Shown here piece by piece: positions 17,327 through 27,949 of a stretch of 64,000 nt of DNA; position 1 is the stretch's first letter, and every line of letters begins with the position of its first letter. The DNA comes from Candidatus Latescibacterota bacterium (GTDB lineage Bacteria; Latescibacterota; UBA2968; GCA-2709665). The DNA is taken from NCBI GenBank assembly GCA_965237675.1, contig OZ250150.1, forward strand, positions 5,120,001 to 5,184,000, in the 5' to 3' direction. A model generated the notes under the pieces. That model did not search any database. It worked only from the letters and a program-made list of their open reading frames with translations, and was not told where the DNA came from. A program made the position numbers and the translations under genes.

Positions 17327-19774
17327 ATGGCCTTATCCAAACGATATCGCCCACAGGAAACAGAGCTTCGCCTTCAGGCGCGCTGGCAACTGTCAGACAT
17401 CTACAAATTCGAGAGGCCGGCCGAAGGCCCCGTATACGCCATCGACACCCCTCCGGCAACCGTGTCCGGAAAACTCCACATGGGTCACGTCTATTCCTAC
17501 AGCCATGCAGACTTCATGGCTCGCTTCTGGCGAATGAACGGCCGGCGCGTCTTCTACCCGATGGGATATGACGACAATGGCCTTCCGACGGAACGGTTGG
17601 TGGAAAAACGCCTGGGAACAAGCGCATCGGAACTCGGCCGTCAGGCATTTATCGAACAATGTCTGTACCACGGTGAAGCCATTGAATGCGAATACGAGAA
17701 CCTCTGGCTTCGCCTGGGGCTTTCGGTCGATTGGTCACATACCTATCGCACAGCGGGCGACACCGCCCGCCGCATTGCACAGAAGTCATTTATAGACCTG
17801 TTAGACAAAGGACTGGTCTACCGCAAAAAGGCGCCGGCTATCTGGTGCCCGGCATGCGGAACCGCCATCTCGCAGGCCGAATTGAACGACGTGGACAGCG
17901 AGAGCGAGTTCATCACCCTGGACTTCCGCCTTGCAGACGGAATCTCGCTGCCGATCGCCACCACCCGGCCGGAACTTCTGTCCGCATGTGCGGCGATTTT
18001 CGTCCATCCAAGTGACGAACGCTATAGTTCATTCATCGGCCGCAATGTCTCAGTCCCACTTTACGGCCATCAGGTGCCCGTACTGCAGGATACAGGGGCG
18101 GAGCCCGAAACAGGCACGGGCGCTGTGATGTGCTGCACCTTCGGCGACGCTGCGGACGTGGCCTGGTGGCGTTCACACAACCTGCCGCTGGTTTCCGCCA
18201 TCGACAAGAACGGCCGGATGACCGCGGGTTCCGGCATTCTCGAAGGCCTTTCCGTGTCCGAAGCCAGACGACAGATCGTGAAGGCACTCGATGAACGCGG
18301 CGTAATCCTGGAACGACGGCCCGCGCCTCAGTCCGTTAGGGTCCATGATCGCTGCGACACGCCGGTGGAATACATCGTCGCTCCGCAGTGGTTCATCCGT
18401 GTCCTTGACTTCAAGAACCGCTGGCTTGAACTGGGCGAAGAAATCAGGTGGCATCCCCCGCACATGAAAGCCCGTTACATTGAATGGATCGAAAACCTGC
18501 ACTGGGACTGGTGTATCTCCCGCCAGCGCCACTTTGGTATCCCGTTTCCCATTTGGTATTGCGGAGGCTGCGGTAAGATCACCGTGGCGCAGGAAGCCGA
18601 ACTGCCGGTGGACCCCCATGAGATATCCCCGCGCATGTGCCGAACTTGCGGCGCCGACTGTTGGATAGCCGATACGGACGTAATGGACACTTGGGCTACG
18701 TCATCACTCAGTCCTCAAATCGCGGCAGGTTGGTTATCCGACAACGAGCTTTATCAGGATGTCTACCCCATGTCCATGCGCCCCCAGTCACACGAAATCA
18801 TTCGGACCTGGGCTTTCTACACCATTGTCAAATCTCACCACCATTTTGGACAGATACCCTGGAAGGAAATATGCATTTCCGGATGGGGCCTGGCTCCGGA
18901 AGGCACGGGAAAAATCAGCAAGAGCCGGGGAGGCGGACCGGCCGCGCCGATGGCCGTAATCCAGAAATATTCGGCTGACGCCGTACGTTATTGGGCGGCC
19001 GGAACCGGATTCGGCAAAGACACGGTCATCAGTGAAGAAAAAATCCAGGCGGGCGCCAAGCTGGTCACCAAACTCTGGAACGTCGCCCGCTTCAGCGAGC
19101 GGTTCCTTCAAGGGTATCGCCCTCCTGTCGAACCACCGCACCTAACTCCCGCTGACCGCTGGATCCTGTCGCGCACCCAATGCCTGATCCTGCGCGTCAC
19201 CGGCTTTTTTCAAAACTATCAATACGCTCTCGCCAGGAGTGAAACCGAAACCTTTTTCTGGCGGGACCTGGCCGACAACTACCTTGAAATGGCCAAGCGG
19301 CGTCTGTATGACGAGACCGGGAATGGAACAGGCGGCGCGCAATATACACTCAGCCACGTGCTTCGAACTTGTATCCACCTTTTTGCGCCCTTTTTGCCGT
19401 ACGTAACCGAAGAGATCTATGTTGGACTGTTCATGGAGAACGGTGAATCCATCCACACCTCCGCCTGGCCGTCCGTGAACCCGCGACTGCTGGACGAACG
19501 CGCCGAAACAACTGGCAACCACCTGGTTGAAATTGCCACTGCCGTCCGTAGGTACAAGAGCGAGTTCAATCTCTCACTCAGCGCACCCCTGAACCGTCTG
19601 CAACTGGCCGTCAGAGATCAGGCACTTTCGTTGTCACTGAAGGAGGCCGGAGTGGATCTGACCAGCATCACACGGGCGCGGCAACTTGACGTCCGGCTGA
19701 ACGACCCGCTCGACCCCGCCCTCCACGTCGTACTGAACGGCGAGATCGTTACGGCGGCCATCGAAGCGCAGTAG
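17327..19774 (+). CDS. valS: Valine--tRNA ligase, archaeal-like (type 2)
   Basis: Motifs IDTPPATVSGKLHMGH, GAVMCCTFGD, DWCISRQR, RPQSHEIIRTWAFYT, KISKS. Confidence 0.93.
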   Translation: MALSKRYRPQETELRLQARWQLSDIYKFERPAEGPVYAIDTPPATVSGKLHMGHVYSYSHADFMARFWRMNGRRVFYPMGYDDNGLPTERLVEKRLGTSASELGRQAFIEQCLYHGEAIECEYENLWLRLGLSVDWSHTYRTAGDTARRIAQKSFIDLLDKGLVYRKKAPAIWCPACGTAISQAELNDVDSESEFITLDFRLADGISLPIATTRPELLSACAAIFVHPSDERYSSFIGRNVSVPLYGHQVPVLQDTGAEPETGTGAVMCCTFGDAADVAWWRSHNLPLVSAIDKNGRMTAGSGILEGLSVSEARRQIVKALDERGVILERRPAPQSVRVHDRCDTPVEYIVAPQWFIRVLDFKNRWLELGEEIRWHPPHMKARYIEWIENLHWDWCISRQRHFGIPFPIWYCGGCGKITVAQEAELPVDPHEISPRMCRTCGADCWIADTDVMDTWATSSLSPQIAAGWLSDNELYQDVYPMSMRPQSHEIIRTWAFYTIVKSHHHFGQIPWKEICISGWGLAPEGTGKISKSRGGGPAAPMAVIQKYSADAVRYWAAGTGFGKDTVISEEKIQAGAKLVTKLWNVARFSERFLQGYRPPVEPPHLTPADRWILSRTQCLILRVTGFFQNYQYALARSETETFFWRDLADNYLEMAKRRLYDETGNGTGGAQYTLSHVLRTCIHLFAPFLPYVTEEIYVGLFMENGESIHTSAWPSVNPRLLDERAETTGNHLVEIATAVRRYKSEFNLSLSAPLNRLQLAVRDQALSLSLKEAGVDLTSITRARQLDVRLNDPLDPALHVVLNGEIVTAAIEAQ

Positions 19775-20148
19775 GCATTCCCAACACCTTGTGCGTGTTC
19801 TGACGTGTCTTGAGGGTGCGCGCCTGACACGCAAGGTGGCGTCCGACGGAGCGCCGGTCGGCCGACATCTGCGAAATATCCCACGTTTTTCGGATCTGAT
19901 CGCATTCTGTCGTGAGTTAGAGCAGGCAAACAAGACAACGATTGACGAAACGGGGATTTCAAGAAAAAAGAGCCGGGAAGAGAGGACAAATAAGGCTTCG
20001 GTAGTCATTGCGAATGGATTCACATCCCGAGCGGCGCTGCGCTATTCGACGTCAGGGGAAGTCATATGCGCTTGCATTTGGTACATGCTCAGCCCCGCGT
20101 TACCTTGAAACTTATGGTTGTGGAATGCTGACCGCCAGGACGAATACG

Positions 20149-20310
20149 ATGCCCGACTCTCGTCGGAACACCTTCAACAGCGTCGCAGGACGTTACGCTG
20201 AAATCAGGCCCGGGTACCCCGACGAGCTAATTGACGACATCGTAGGTCTATCGGGGATTCCTGACGATGGCCGCATCCTGGAGATTGGATGCGGCACCGG
20301 GCATGCAACG
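20149..20310 (+). pseudogene. N-terminal fragment of a SAM-dependent methyltransferase
   Basis: FNSVAGRYAEIRPGYPDELID...ILEIGCGTGHAT, then non-homologous-looking sequence to the stop at 20454. Confidence 0.75.
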
Positions 20311-20437
20311 AGTCAACATCCTTCGTCGTGCCTTCGGACTGCGCCTTTCCAACGCTGCGAGTTCGGATTGGACAATCGTGATGGTTTCATTCTGTTGAAC
20401 ATCCCCGATTGCCGATGTGTCTACCATGGGAGGAATT

Positions 20438-20722
20438 GTGAGCCTTCTCATTGACATGATCTGGGAACTTCTGGCATTGTTGGTAATCGACGGTTTTCCT
20501 TCCCTCTTCAGGCGAAATCTGCCGAAGCCGGTTCATCGACTCCGTGTTTCGGCTTGGATCCTTGTGCTTGTATGCCTGGTATGCTTTGTTTCTGTCTATG
20601 TCCCATCGTTTGAAGCCCATCGAGGTTTACTCAAGCGCGTTACAATTGGCAGCATGGTGTTTCTAATGGCCGTCATGGTGACCATGACGCTTCTCCTGAA
20701 AGCCGGGAAGACTCGTAGCTGA
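20438..20722 (+). CDS. Small hypothetical membrane protein
   Basis: GGAGG SD followed by GTG; two to three hydrophobic segments. Confidence 0.5.
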   Translation: MSLLIDMIWELLALLVIDGFPSLFRRNLPKPVHRLRVSAWILVLVCLVCFVSVYVPSFEAHRGLLKRVTIGSMVFLMAVMVTMTLLLKAGKTRS

Positions 20723-20907
20723 TTATCGACTCGTATCTGAAACGACACACTTCGATGTGGTTCAAATGTAAAAAACGCACCGAAAGGTGTTGGCAACATC
20801 ATCTGCCGGCGTGCGGCGTTTCAACCCGCCAAGGGAAGCCGAAGACGTGATCGCGAGTCTCTGCCTACGCGGTCCGCCCGGCAAGGGTTGTCGTGCGAAT
20901 TTTTGTC

Positions 20908-20951
20908 AAAAACGAACGCGCCGGGGCGATGGACTCGCTCCCGGCGCGTTT
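20908..20951 (-). terminator. Terminator hairpin between convergent genes
   Basis: AACGCGCCGGG...CCCGGCGCGTT with an A-run on the plus-strand 5' side. Confidence 0.65.
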
Positions 20952-21044
20952 AGTCTGCCATAGAGTGGATTTCTTGTCCTTCATTCATGCTTCGTGAACG
21001 GGATCAGGGAAGCACAGGTCCCCTGACTTACCTTTATCCCGCGG

Positions 21045-22019
21045 CTAACGGGCTTCGAAGAAGAATCTGATCGTGTCATTCTCCTTCAACATGGCATCAA
21101 AGAACTCTTGATCCTCCTCGTTCAACTCGCCCGACGACTGCAGGACAATCCGCATGTATTGCTCCCTGGTGAACGTGAGCGTCACGTTGTCGCCTTCCAC
21201 GTCGAACGAGCACTCCATCACCAGCCCCTCTTCATCGACCATCGTCAGGATATCGCCGTCCACCGACCAGGTACCCGTATCGGACCACGTACCCGTGCTG
21301 TCCTGGTCCGCAAAAGTGCCGGCTGAATCAAAACGACGGATCGGCGACCAGACACTGTCGCGGAGACTGACCTCCAATCCGCTTGTGAACTCCTGGACGA
21401 GAAAGACCGCGGTCGCACTATCCACCACGCCCAGTTCCAGGATCGCGTTGATCAGGTTCTCGCTTATCGTCTCAACCATATCCGTTCCCACGTATCCCCA
21501 CGACCCGACAATACTCCCCGATGAGAGGACGGAAGTACCGGTCGCGCGCGCCTTCCCGCCAACGGGCAGTTCAACCGTCACTTCGTATCCGCCGTTGACC
21601 GGAATGCTCGACCAGGAACCCAGCACGGCCCCATCCTGAACGGCGCGCGCCCGATAGTAACCGCTCACATTGCCTCCCCCAATCTCCACACGCGCCTCAC
21701 CGTTCGCATCGGTTGCGCCCGACCAGGCAAAATCCGTCGGTAAACCCGAGACAGAACGTGACAACTCCACGGTCACGCCGCTCAACGGTGCGCCGCCCTG
21801 CCGCACGATTGCCACCACCACGGCTTGTGTCATATTCCCATTTATCGCCAGTTTTCTCAACGGCTGTCCTGCGTGCACCTGCCGGGTTGCAGGGTTGACC
21901 CCCTCGGCAAGCGGGTCCGCTTCCGGCGCCATTGAGGTGGTAACGCGGTCACCGCCGCAGCCGGATATCACACCTGCGGCCATCGTCAACAGAAACACGC
22001 TTCGAATCCAATCAAACAT
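21045..22019 (-). CDS. Lipoprotein with a beta-sandwich N-domain and a lipocalin-like C-domain
   Basis: Lipobox VISG-C; GAPLSGVTVELSRS...SGATDANG; IVGSW and GTWSVDGDILTM lipocalin-like motifs. Confidence 0.7.
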   Translation of the reverse strand: MFDWIRSVFLLTMAAGVISGCGGDRVTTSMAPEADPLAEGVNPATRQVHAGQPLRKLAINGNMTQAVVVAIVRQGGAPLSGVTVELSRSVSGLPTDFAWSGATDANGEARVEIGGGNVSGYYRARAVQDGAVLGSWSSIPVNGGYEVTVELPVGGKARATGTSVLSSGSIVGSWGYVGTDMVETISENLINAILELGVVDSATAVFLVQEFTSGLEVSLRDSVWSPIRRFDSAGTFADQDSTGTWSDTGTWSVDGDILTMVDEEGLVMECSFDVEGDNVTLTFTREQYMRIVLQSSGELNEEDQEFFDAMLKENDTIRFFFEAR

Positions 22020-22295
22020 CGCGATCCCCTTCTTTAGAAAGTTACTTGCGATAGTCGCCGGCATGCCGTCCGACGATACACCGATCCGTTTACAGTTGAT
22101 AACTGTGATTGACTTTACGAATGCCAAAACAGGTTCGACTGATCCAACCATGTTATATGACTCGCAAGACCAGGAAATGTCTCTCGTTTGTGCCTAGTGT
22201 GGCGAACGACACGATTCCCGCGAGCATTGGTCGGGCGTGTAGCGCTCCAATGTACCGTGGTCTGTTGTCAGGTTTCCGCGATGCAATCCTCAACT

Positions 22296-22410
22296 CAGTG
22301 TCCCGTCCCGGAAATATGTCACCATTCATCCGCCGGGTTCATCCCGTATCGCTACGTTGCCTTCACTCGGCGGCCGAATTTAGGCAATCTATTTCCGGGA
22401 CAGAACACTA
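22296..22410. mobile_element. MITE-like element, copy 2 (115 bp)
   Basis: Terminal inverted repeats CAGTGTCCCGTCCCGGAAATA and TATTTCCGGGACAGAACACTA. Confidence 0.75.
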
Positions 22411-22630
22411 TTCCTTCCTTTCCCGCCCGTCACGACCAGGTGTGGCGACCTGGAACGAAAAGCCTTTGCAAATGGGAACGATGCGGCAATTCCGTGTGCG
22501 GAACTTTCGAACAAAATGCTTGACATAACGCGACAATCCTATTATCTAATCGTTTCGGCGCACATCCGTAAATGTATTCTAATATAACGTAATTGAGAGG
22601 CAGGGTCGCAATAAAAAAGGAGATCGGTCG

Positions 22631-22975
22631 ATGGAGGTTAACACGGAGCGGGACAACGGCACGTTAATCGCGAAGGCTGAGGGTCGCGTCGACGGGTCCA
22701 ATGCCCGTGAGTTCGAGGAAGCGCTCGATTCCGCAATCACGGAGCACGAAGACGGACGAGCCGTGATTGTGGATTTCGAAGGGCTTTCATATATAAGCAG
22801 TGCGGGCCTTCGGGTCATTCTGCTGACCGCCAGGACGCTTCGGAAATCAGAAAAGGAATTCGCGGTCTGTTCGCTCTCGGAACCAATCAGGGAGGTCTTC
22901 GAGATCAGCGGGTTCGACAAAATTATACCGGTTTACGCCTCCCGGTCCGAAGCGCTGGCAGCGGTCGGAGGTTAG
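22631..22975 (+). CDS. STAS anti-sigma factor antagonist (RsbV/SpoIIAA-like)
   Basis: EGRVD, VDFEGLSYISSAGLRV with the phospho-Ser motif, VFEISGF. Confidence 0.93.
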   Translation: MEVNTERDNGTLIAKAEGRVDGSNAREFEEALDSAITEHEDGRAVIVDFEGLSYISSAGLRVILLTARTLRKSEKEFAVCSLSEPIREVFEISGFDKIIPVYASRSEALAAVGG

Positions 22976-23181
22976 GAGATGGTTGGTCCGGGACTGCTCT
23001 ACAGAAGCAGAATGCGATTCCCTGAAACAGCACCACGGGTGGAAATGACACCGTAGCCATACCGGGTCCTCTGGACGATCATTCACGTCATCGGCACTTA
23101 GAATGGACGGCGTGGCGGCCGTGTTTTGTCCTGGAACCAGAGGGTTCCTCCCGAATCTCCCGAGAAACTGTAAGGCCGACC

Positions 23182-24852
23182 ATGATCGAAAACCTGCTGC
23201 CGATCGGGTTGCTCATCGTCGTAGCCAAACTCCTCGAATGCCTCCTCGACCGGATTGGCTTGAGTTCGATCGTGGCCTACACGGCGGCCGGTATCCTGCT
23301 CGGACCCGTCGCCGGGATCATTGAACCGACGAGCAAGCTTCAGGTCTTCCTGGGCATTGGCGTCTTTATCCTCTTCTTCCTTGTCGGTCTCGACGAGATC
23401 GACATCCCCGGCTTCGTGGCAACCATCCGCGGGCGTTTTTTTTGTGCGGCCATCCTGTCGGTGCTGATCTCGATGTTCACGGCCCTCGTGGTCACGTCGG
23501 ACTTGTTCGGTGTCAATTTTGCCCTCGAACTCCATTTCAGGGATGCGCTGGCTCTCGCTGGCATTCTGTCGATGTCAAGCATGGGACTTGTGGCAAAGGT
23601 ACTCGCCGACAAGGGGTATCTTAAAGAACCGCTCGGGCTCGAGATCTTCACCACGGTCATTATCGCCGAGATGATCACGCTCCTGGTGGTCGGGTTCAGC
23701 ATCGGCGAACATACCATCGGCGCACACGACCAATTCATGGGTGCCGTCAGAGTGGTGTTTCTGCTGGCGGAGGTCGCGGCTTTCGCGGTCGTGGCATGGA
23801 TTCTGTCCGCAAGAATCATGCCGACGACGATTCTCTTTTTGAAACGATTCTTTAACGTACCCGAGTTGTCGTTCGGTCTGCTGATTGGCGGTCTGTGTTT
23901 AATAGTCGTCGTGGCCGAGGAAATAGGCCTTCACGGATCCCTCGGCGCCCTGCTTTTCGGCGCGGCCCTGTCGGGCCTGCCGCGTCAGGTGCGCAACGAC
24001 GTTATGCCGGGCATTCGAAGCGCGGCGGAGGGCCTGTTCGTACCACTTTTTTTTGCCTCGGCGGGCTTGCGCCTGGACTTTTCTTTTTTGTCTCTGCCTT
24101 TGGCGACCATTGTCGCGATACTAACGATTCCCGCGGCGGGAAAGTTCGCGGGCGCGTTCATCGGCGCCTACGTGGCTCGCCTCGACAAACCCTACGCGCA
24201 GGCGGCCGGACTGATGGCCAAGGGCGTGGCAGAGATCGCGCTTCTGCTTGTACTCCTCGAAAACGGCGTGATCGGACAGGAAGTGTTCTCGGTGGTCGTG
24301 CTTGCAATGCTCGGCTATATCGTGCTGATGCCACTGGCAATCTCCGCGGCGGTCACCAGAGCGCGCCTGACCCACCGCCCCACGCCGCCGGAAGTCGTGC
24401 CGACGTCCTTCGCGCGGCGCGCGCTGGACGACATTACAGCCGGTCACGTACTGGACCCGTCCCGGACCTATCCCGAAGCAACACTGTCGATCAGAAGTTT
24501 TGCCGATGACTGGATCGTGCCGGATCAACAGGACTACGTCGTGGTCGACAAAGGCGCCGTCGCGGGGATCGTGTCTCCAGCGCGGCTGACGTCTGTTCCC
24601 ATGGGATCCTGGGCGGACACACCCCTCCGAAATGTGCTGCGCCCGGACCCGCCTTATGCCGTCCCCGACGAGCCCATCGAAGACGTTCTTCAGGAGATGT
24701 CGCGTCATTCATTGTCCGTGATACCGGTCCGGGATGAGGAATCAGACAGGTTCCTGGGTACTATAACCAGCCATGATGTTGTCGACCTCGTAATCCTGAT
24801 GGATGAAATCGCCGACGAGTTGAAGCAGTTGGACAACGAGACTACGCAGTGA
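23182..24852 (+). CDS. Cation:proton antiporter (CPA2/Kef-like) with a C-terminal CBS pair
   Basis: Many TM segments, FVPLFFASAG, AGKFAGA, AKGVAEI; CBS-like VIPVRD...FLGTITSHD. Confidence 0.85.
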   Translation: MIENLLPIGLLIVVAKLLECLLDRIGLSSIVAYTAAGILLGPVAGIIEPTSKLQVFLGIGVFILFFLVGLDEIDIPGFVATIRGRFFCAAILSVLISMFTALVVTSDLFGVNFALELHFRDALALAGILSMSSMGLVAKVLADKGYLKEPLGLEIFTTVIIAEMITLLVVGFSIGEHTIGAHDQFMGAVRVVFLLAEVAAFAVVAWILSARIMPTTILFLKRFFNVPELSFGLLIGGLCLIVVVAEEIGLHGSLGALLFGAALSGLPRQVRNDVMPGIRSAAEGLFVPLFFASAGLRLDFSFLSLPLATIVAILTIPAAGKFAGAFIGAYVARLDKPYAQAAGLMAKGVAEIALLLVLLENGVIGQEVFSVVVLAMLGYIVLMPLAISAAVTRARLTHRPTPPEVVPTSFARRALDDITAGHVLDPSRTYPEATLSIRSFADDWIVPDQQDYVVVDKGAVAGIVSPARLTSVPMGSWADTPLRNVLRPDPPYAVPDEPIEDVLQEMSRHSLSVIPVRDEESDRFLGTITSHDVVDLVILMDEIADELKQLDNETTQ

Positions 24853-25185
24853 TCCCACTTTGGAATATCCGAAACGGCGACCGCAGTCGGAATCGACCGC
24901 AATGCATTCGGGAATTCCGGTCACCAATGAAATTGGTTCCGACCTCTGGCCAGCAGTCGAATGCCGGACCGGATTTGTCAGAACACAGTCCGTTCCTGCT
25001 TTCACGGCGCGCCGGGATTCCAATCGGATTGTCGTCCACGCTTCTGAGGCAAGTGCCAAACGGAGCGGATCATTCCGCCGGAATTCCATAGTCCGATAAC
25101 GTTACAAGGATCGCATTCGGTCCATTGACCCGTAACGGCAGGTTTCAATATTCAGGAAGACCATTCTACCGCGGGGTATTCCGAT

Positions 25186-26355
25186 ATGTCTGCGTTCCCA
25201 TATAAGATCCTGGTCGTGGACGACGAGCCCGACGTCGAACCGCTCATGTTGCAGCGTATGCGACGCGCCATTCGCAGGGGCCGCTACACGTTCGTTTTTG
25301 CCCGTAACGGCATAGAAGCGCTCGAGCGGTTGAATGAAGACGATAGCATCGATATGGTGCTATCCGACATCAATATGCCCCAGATGGACGGCCTTACGTT
25401 GCTAGAGCAAATTCCCAAGGTTGACCCCAACATCCGTTCCGTGATCATTTCGGCGTACGGCGACATGAAAAACATCCGGATCGCGATGAACCGCGGCGCG
25501 TTCGATTTCGTCACCAAACCCATCGACTTCTCGGACCTGCAGGTGACCATCGATCGAACGATGCGTCATCTGATCGAGTGGCGGGAGGCGCTCGAATCGC
25601 GCGACAAGTTGATCGCGTTGCAGAACGAACTGGACGTTGCCAGTAAAATGCAGCAGTCGATTCTACCCACACGGTTTCCCGAGAATCGCGATTACCAGGC
25701 ATATGGGAGCATGGAACCCGCTCGCAACGTCGGCGGTGATTTCTTCGATATCATCCGACTTGAAGACGGACGCATCGGCATTGCAATCGCCGATGTCTCG
25801 GACAAGGGGGTGCCCGCGGCGCTCTTCATGATGTCGAGCAGGACGGTACTTCGAGGTGCTGCAATCGGGACCGCCAATCCCGGAGAGGTCCTTTTCGAAG
25901 TGAATAACTCACTCTACGAGAATAACGAAGCCGCGATGTTCGTCACCGTGTTTTATGCTGTATTCGATCCCGCGAATCGACAGTTCGTTTACGCCAACGG
26001 CGGGCACAATTCTCCTCTCATCGTCAACGCGGAAGGAGAAGCAACCATGCTGTCCCTGACCGGCGGGATCGCCCTAGCGATGTTGCCGGACATCGAATAC
26101 GGATACAATTCGGTGACGCTCGCACCCGGCGATACGGTTGTTCTATACACCGACGGTGTCACCGAAGCCATCAACGACGTGGAGGAAGAATTCGGGGTCG
26201 AACGCCTTCGAAACGTCTTTGTGGATGCGCCCCCGCAGGACGCCCGCGGCGCCAACGGAGCGATCTTCAGTGCCGTGACGGGTTTTGTGGGAGACACCCC
26301 TCAGTTCGACGATATAACCTGCGTTACGTTTCGCTACAGGGGGACGGACACGTGA
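25186..26355 (+). CDS. Receiver domain + PP2C/SpoIIE phosphatase (RsbU/RsbP-like)
   Basis: ILVVDDE, SDINMP and FVTKP in the receiver; VGGDFFD, ADVSDKG, YTDGVTEA and DDIT in the phosphatase. Confidence 0.93.
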   Translation: MSAFPYKILVVDDEPDVEPLMLQRMRRAIRRGRYTFVFARNGIEALERLNEDDSIDMVLSDINMPQMDGLTLLEQIPKVDPNIRSVIISAYGDMKNIRIAMNRGAFDFVTKPIDFSDLQVTIDRTMRHLIEWREALESRDKLIALQNELDVASKMQQSILPTRFPENRDYQAYGSMEPARNVGGDFFDIIRLEDGRIGIAIADVSDKGVPAALFMMSSRTVLRGAAIGTANPGEVLFEVNNSLYENNEAAMFVTVFYAVFDPANRQFVYANGGHNSPLIVNAEGEATMLSLTGGIALAMLPDIEYGYNSVTLAPGDTVVLYTDGVTEAINDVEEEFGVERLRNVFVDAPPQDARGANGAIFSAVTGFVGDTPQFDDITCVTFRYRGTDT

Positions 26356-26771
26356 GCATGAAGCAATCCTTTCGGATCGAGGCCAACCTCGACGAACTGC
26401 GACAGGTCGCCGCCGCCACCGAAGACATTGGGCTGCAGGAAAATTGGTCGCCCGCGGTGGTACACCAGGTTGACCTTGCCATAGAGGAAATCGGAAATAA
26501 CATCGTCAGACATGGTCTCGACGGCGGTCCTGGCGTAATTGAAATCACGTTTACCTCAGACGCTGAAGCAATTACAATCGAGATTGCCGACGATGGCCGG
26601 CCCTTCAACCCCTTAACTGACGCCCCAAAACCGGATCTGGAAGCGGGGCTCGAGGATCGACCTATCGGGGGACTCGGCATTCACCTGGTACTTACAATGA
26701 TGGACGAAATGCACTATAAGCGGGAGAAAGAACGGAATCACCTGACGCTGGTCAAACGGAGGTCGGAATGA
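26352..26771 (+). CDS. RsbW-like anti-sigma factor / Ser kinase
   Basis: LAIEEIGNNIVRHG, DDGRPFNP, GGLGIHLV; overlaps the upstream stop. Confidence 0.92.
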   Translation: MSMKQSFRIEANLDELRQVAAATEDIGLQENWSPAVVHQVDLAIEEIGNNIVRHGLDGGPGVIEITFTSDAEAITIEIADDGRPFNPLTDAPKPDLEAGLEDRPIGGLGIHLVLTMMDEMHYKREKERNHLTLVKRRSE

Positions 26772-27949
26772 GGTGGACGCTTCATCAGGCCGTGCTGCTT
26801 TTCGCCGTGTGGACGGCGCTTTTTACAGCCGCACACGGCCGCGAGGTGGAAACGGGCGTCTCCGACCAGCGCATTCTCTTCGGTCAATCCGCCGCCTTCA
26901 GCGGCCCGGCTGCGCAACTCGGCACGGACATGAAACGCGGGATTGAATCCGCGTTCCACGAGATCAACCGGCGCGGCGGCGTCCACGGACGTCGGTTGGA
27001 ACTCGTGTCTCGTGATGACGCGTACGAGCCGGAAGCGGCGATCGCGAACACCCTCGCCCTCATCAAAGAGGAAGAGGTGTTCGCTCTTATCGGTGCCGTA
27101 GGCACGCCGACGTCGCGTTCAGCCACCCCGGTCGCCGCCGAGGCCAATATCCCCTATATCGCCCCCTTCACCGGTGCGGCGTTCCTTCGGGATCCAAAGT
27201 GGAAAAATGTAATCAACTTGAGGGCGTCGTACGACCAGGAAACGGAGGAGATGGTTGCGCGGCTGACCGGCGACCTCGGCATAGAGCGCATCGCCGTCAT
27301 GTACCAGGACGATTCCTTCGGCCGTGCCGGCTACCACGGCGCACGACGCGCACTCGAAAGGCGGGGAATGGCGGCCGTGGCAGTCGGGTTGTATCCGCGC
27401 AACACCACGGCGGTGAAGACGGCTCTGCTCGACCTGCGCAGGGGAAACCCCGAGGCGGTAATCCTTATAGGCGCGTATGATCCGGTCGCGACATTTATCT
27501 CATGGGCGCGACGCGTCCATATGAACCCCGTTTTCATTACCATCTCGTTTGTGGGAAGCAACGCACTGGCCAGGCAATTGGGAGAAGCCGGAGCCGGGGT
27601 CCATGTCACTCAGGTTGTGCCTTTTCCAACGGACGATGATTTTCCCGTCGCATCTGCATACCGCCAGGCTCTGGCGGCCTTTGCTTCCGATGTGGTTCCG
27701 GGATTCGTTTCATTCGAAGGGTACCTGGCCGGTCGCCTGGCCATCGCCGCCCTCGAACGCTGTGGCCCGGATGTCAACCGAGATTCCTTTGTCAATAGCC
27801 TCCGCAGTTCTGAAATCGTCGATCTGGACGGATTCAAACTGCGATTTGGCAGCCAGGACAATCAGGGGTCGGATGCCGTCTTTCTGACCAAGATCGGTCG
27901 TGACGGGCATTATTATCCAATCGATACGCTCAAGGAAACGGAGCCGTGA
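26768..27949 (+). CDS. LivJ/UrtA-like periplasmic ligand-binding protein
   Basis: Signal peptide; GQSAAFSGP, GGVHGRRLEL, DDAYEP, VGTPT. Confidence 0.88.
   Translation: MRWTLHQAVLLFAVWTALFTAAHGREVETGVSDQRILFGQSAAFSGPAAQLGTDMKRGIESAFHEINRRGGVHGRRLELVSRDDAYEPEAAIANTLALIKEEEVFALIGAVGTPTSRSATPVAAEANIPYIAPFTGAAFLRDPKWKNVINLRASYDQETEEMVARLTGDLGIERIAVMYQDDSFGRAGYHGARRALERRGMAAVAVGLYPRNTTAVKTALLDLRRGNPEAVILIGAYDPVATFISWARRVHMNPVFITISFVGSNALARQLGEAGAGVHVTQVVPFPTDDDFPVASAYRQALAAFASDVVPGFVSFEGYLAGRLAIAALERCGPDVNRDSFVNSLRSSEIVDLDGFKLRFGSQDNQGSDAVFLTKIGRDGHYYPIDTLKETEP

Noticed and set aside
20765-20890. c-di-GMP-I riboswitch-like GAAA hairpin
   Set aside because: Lacks the GACGCAAAGC/GGnCTAA consensus and has no downstream gene in the sense orientation.
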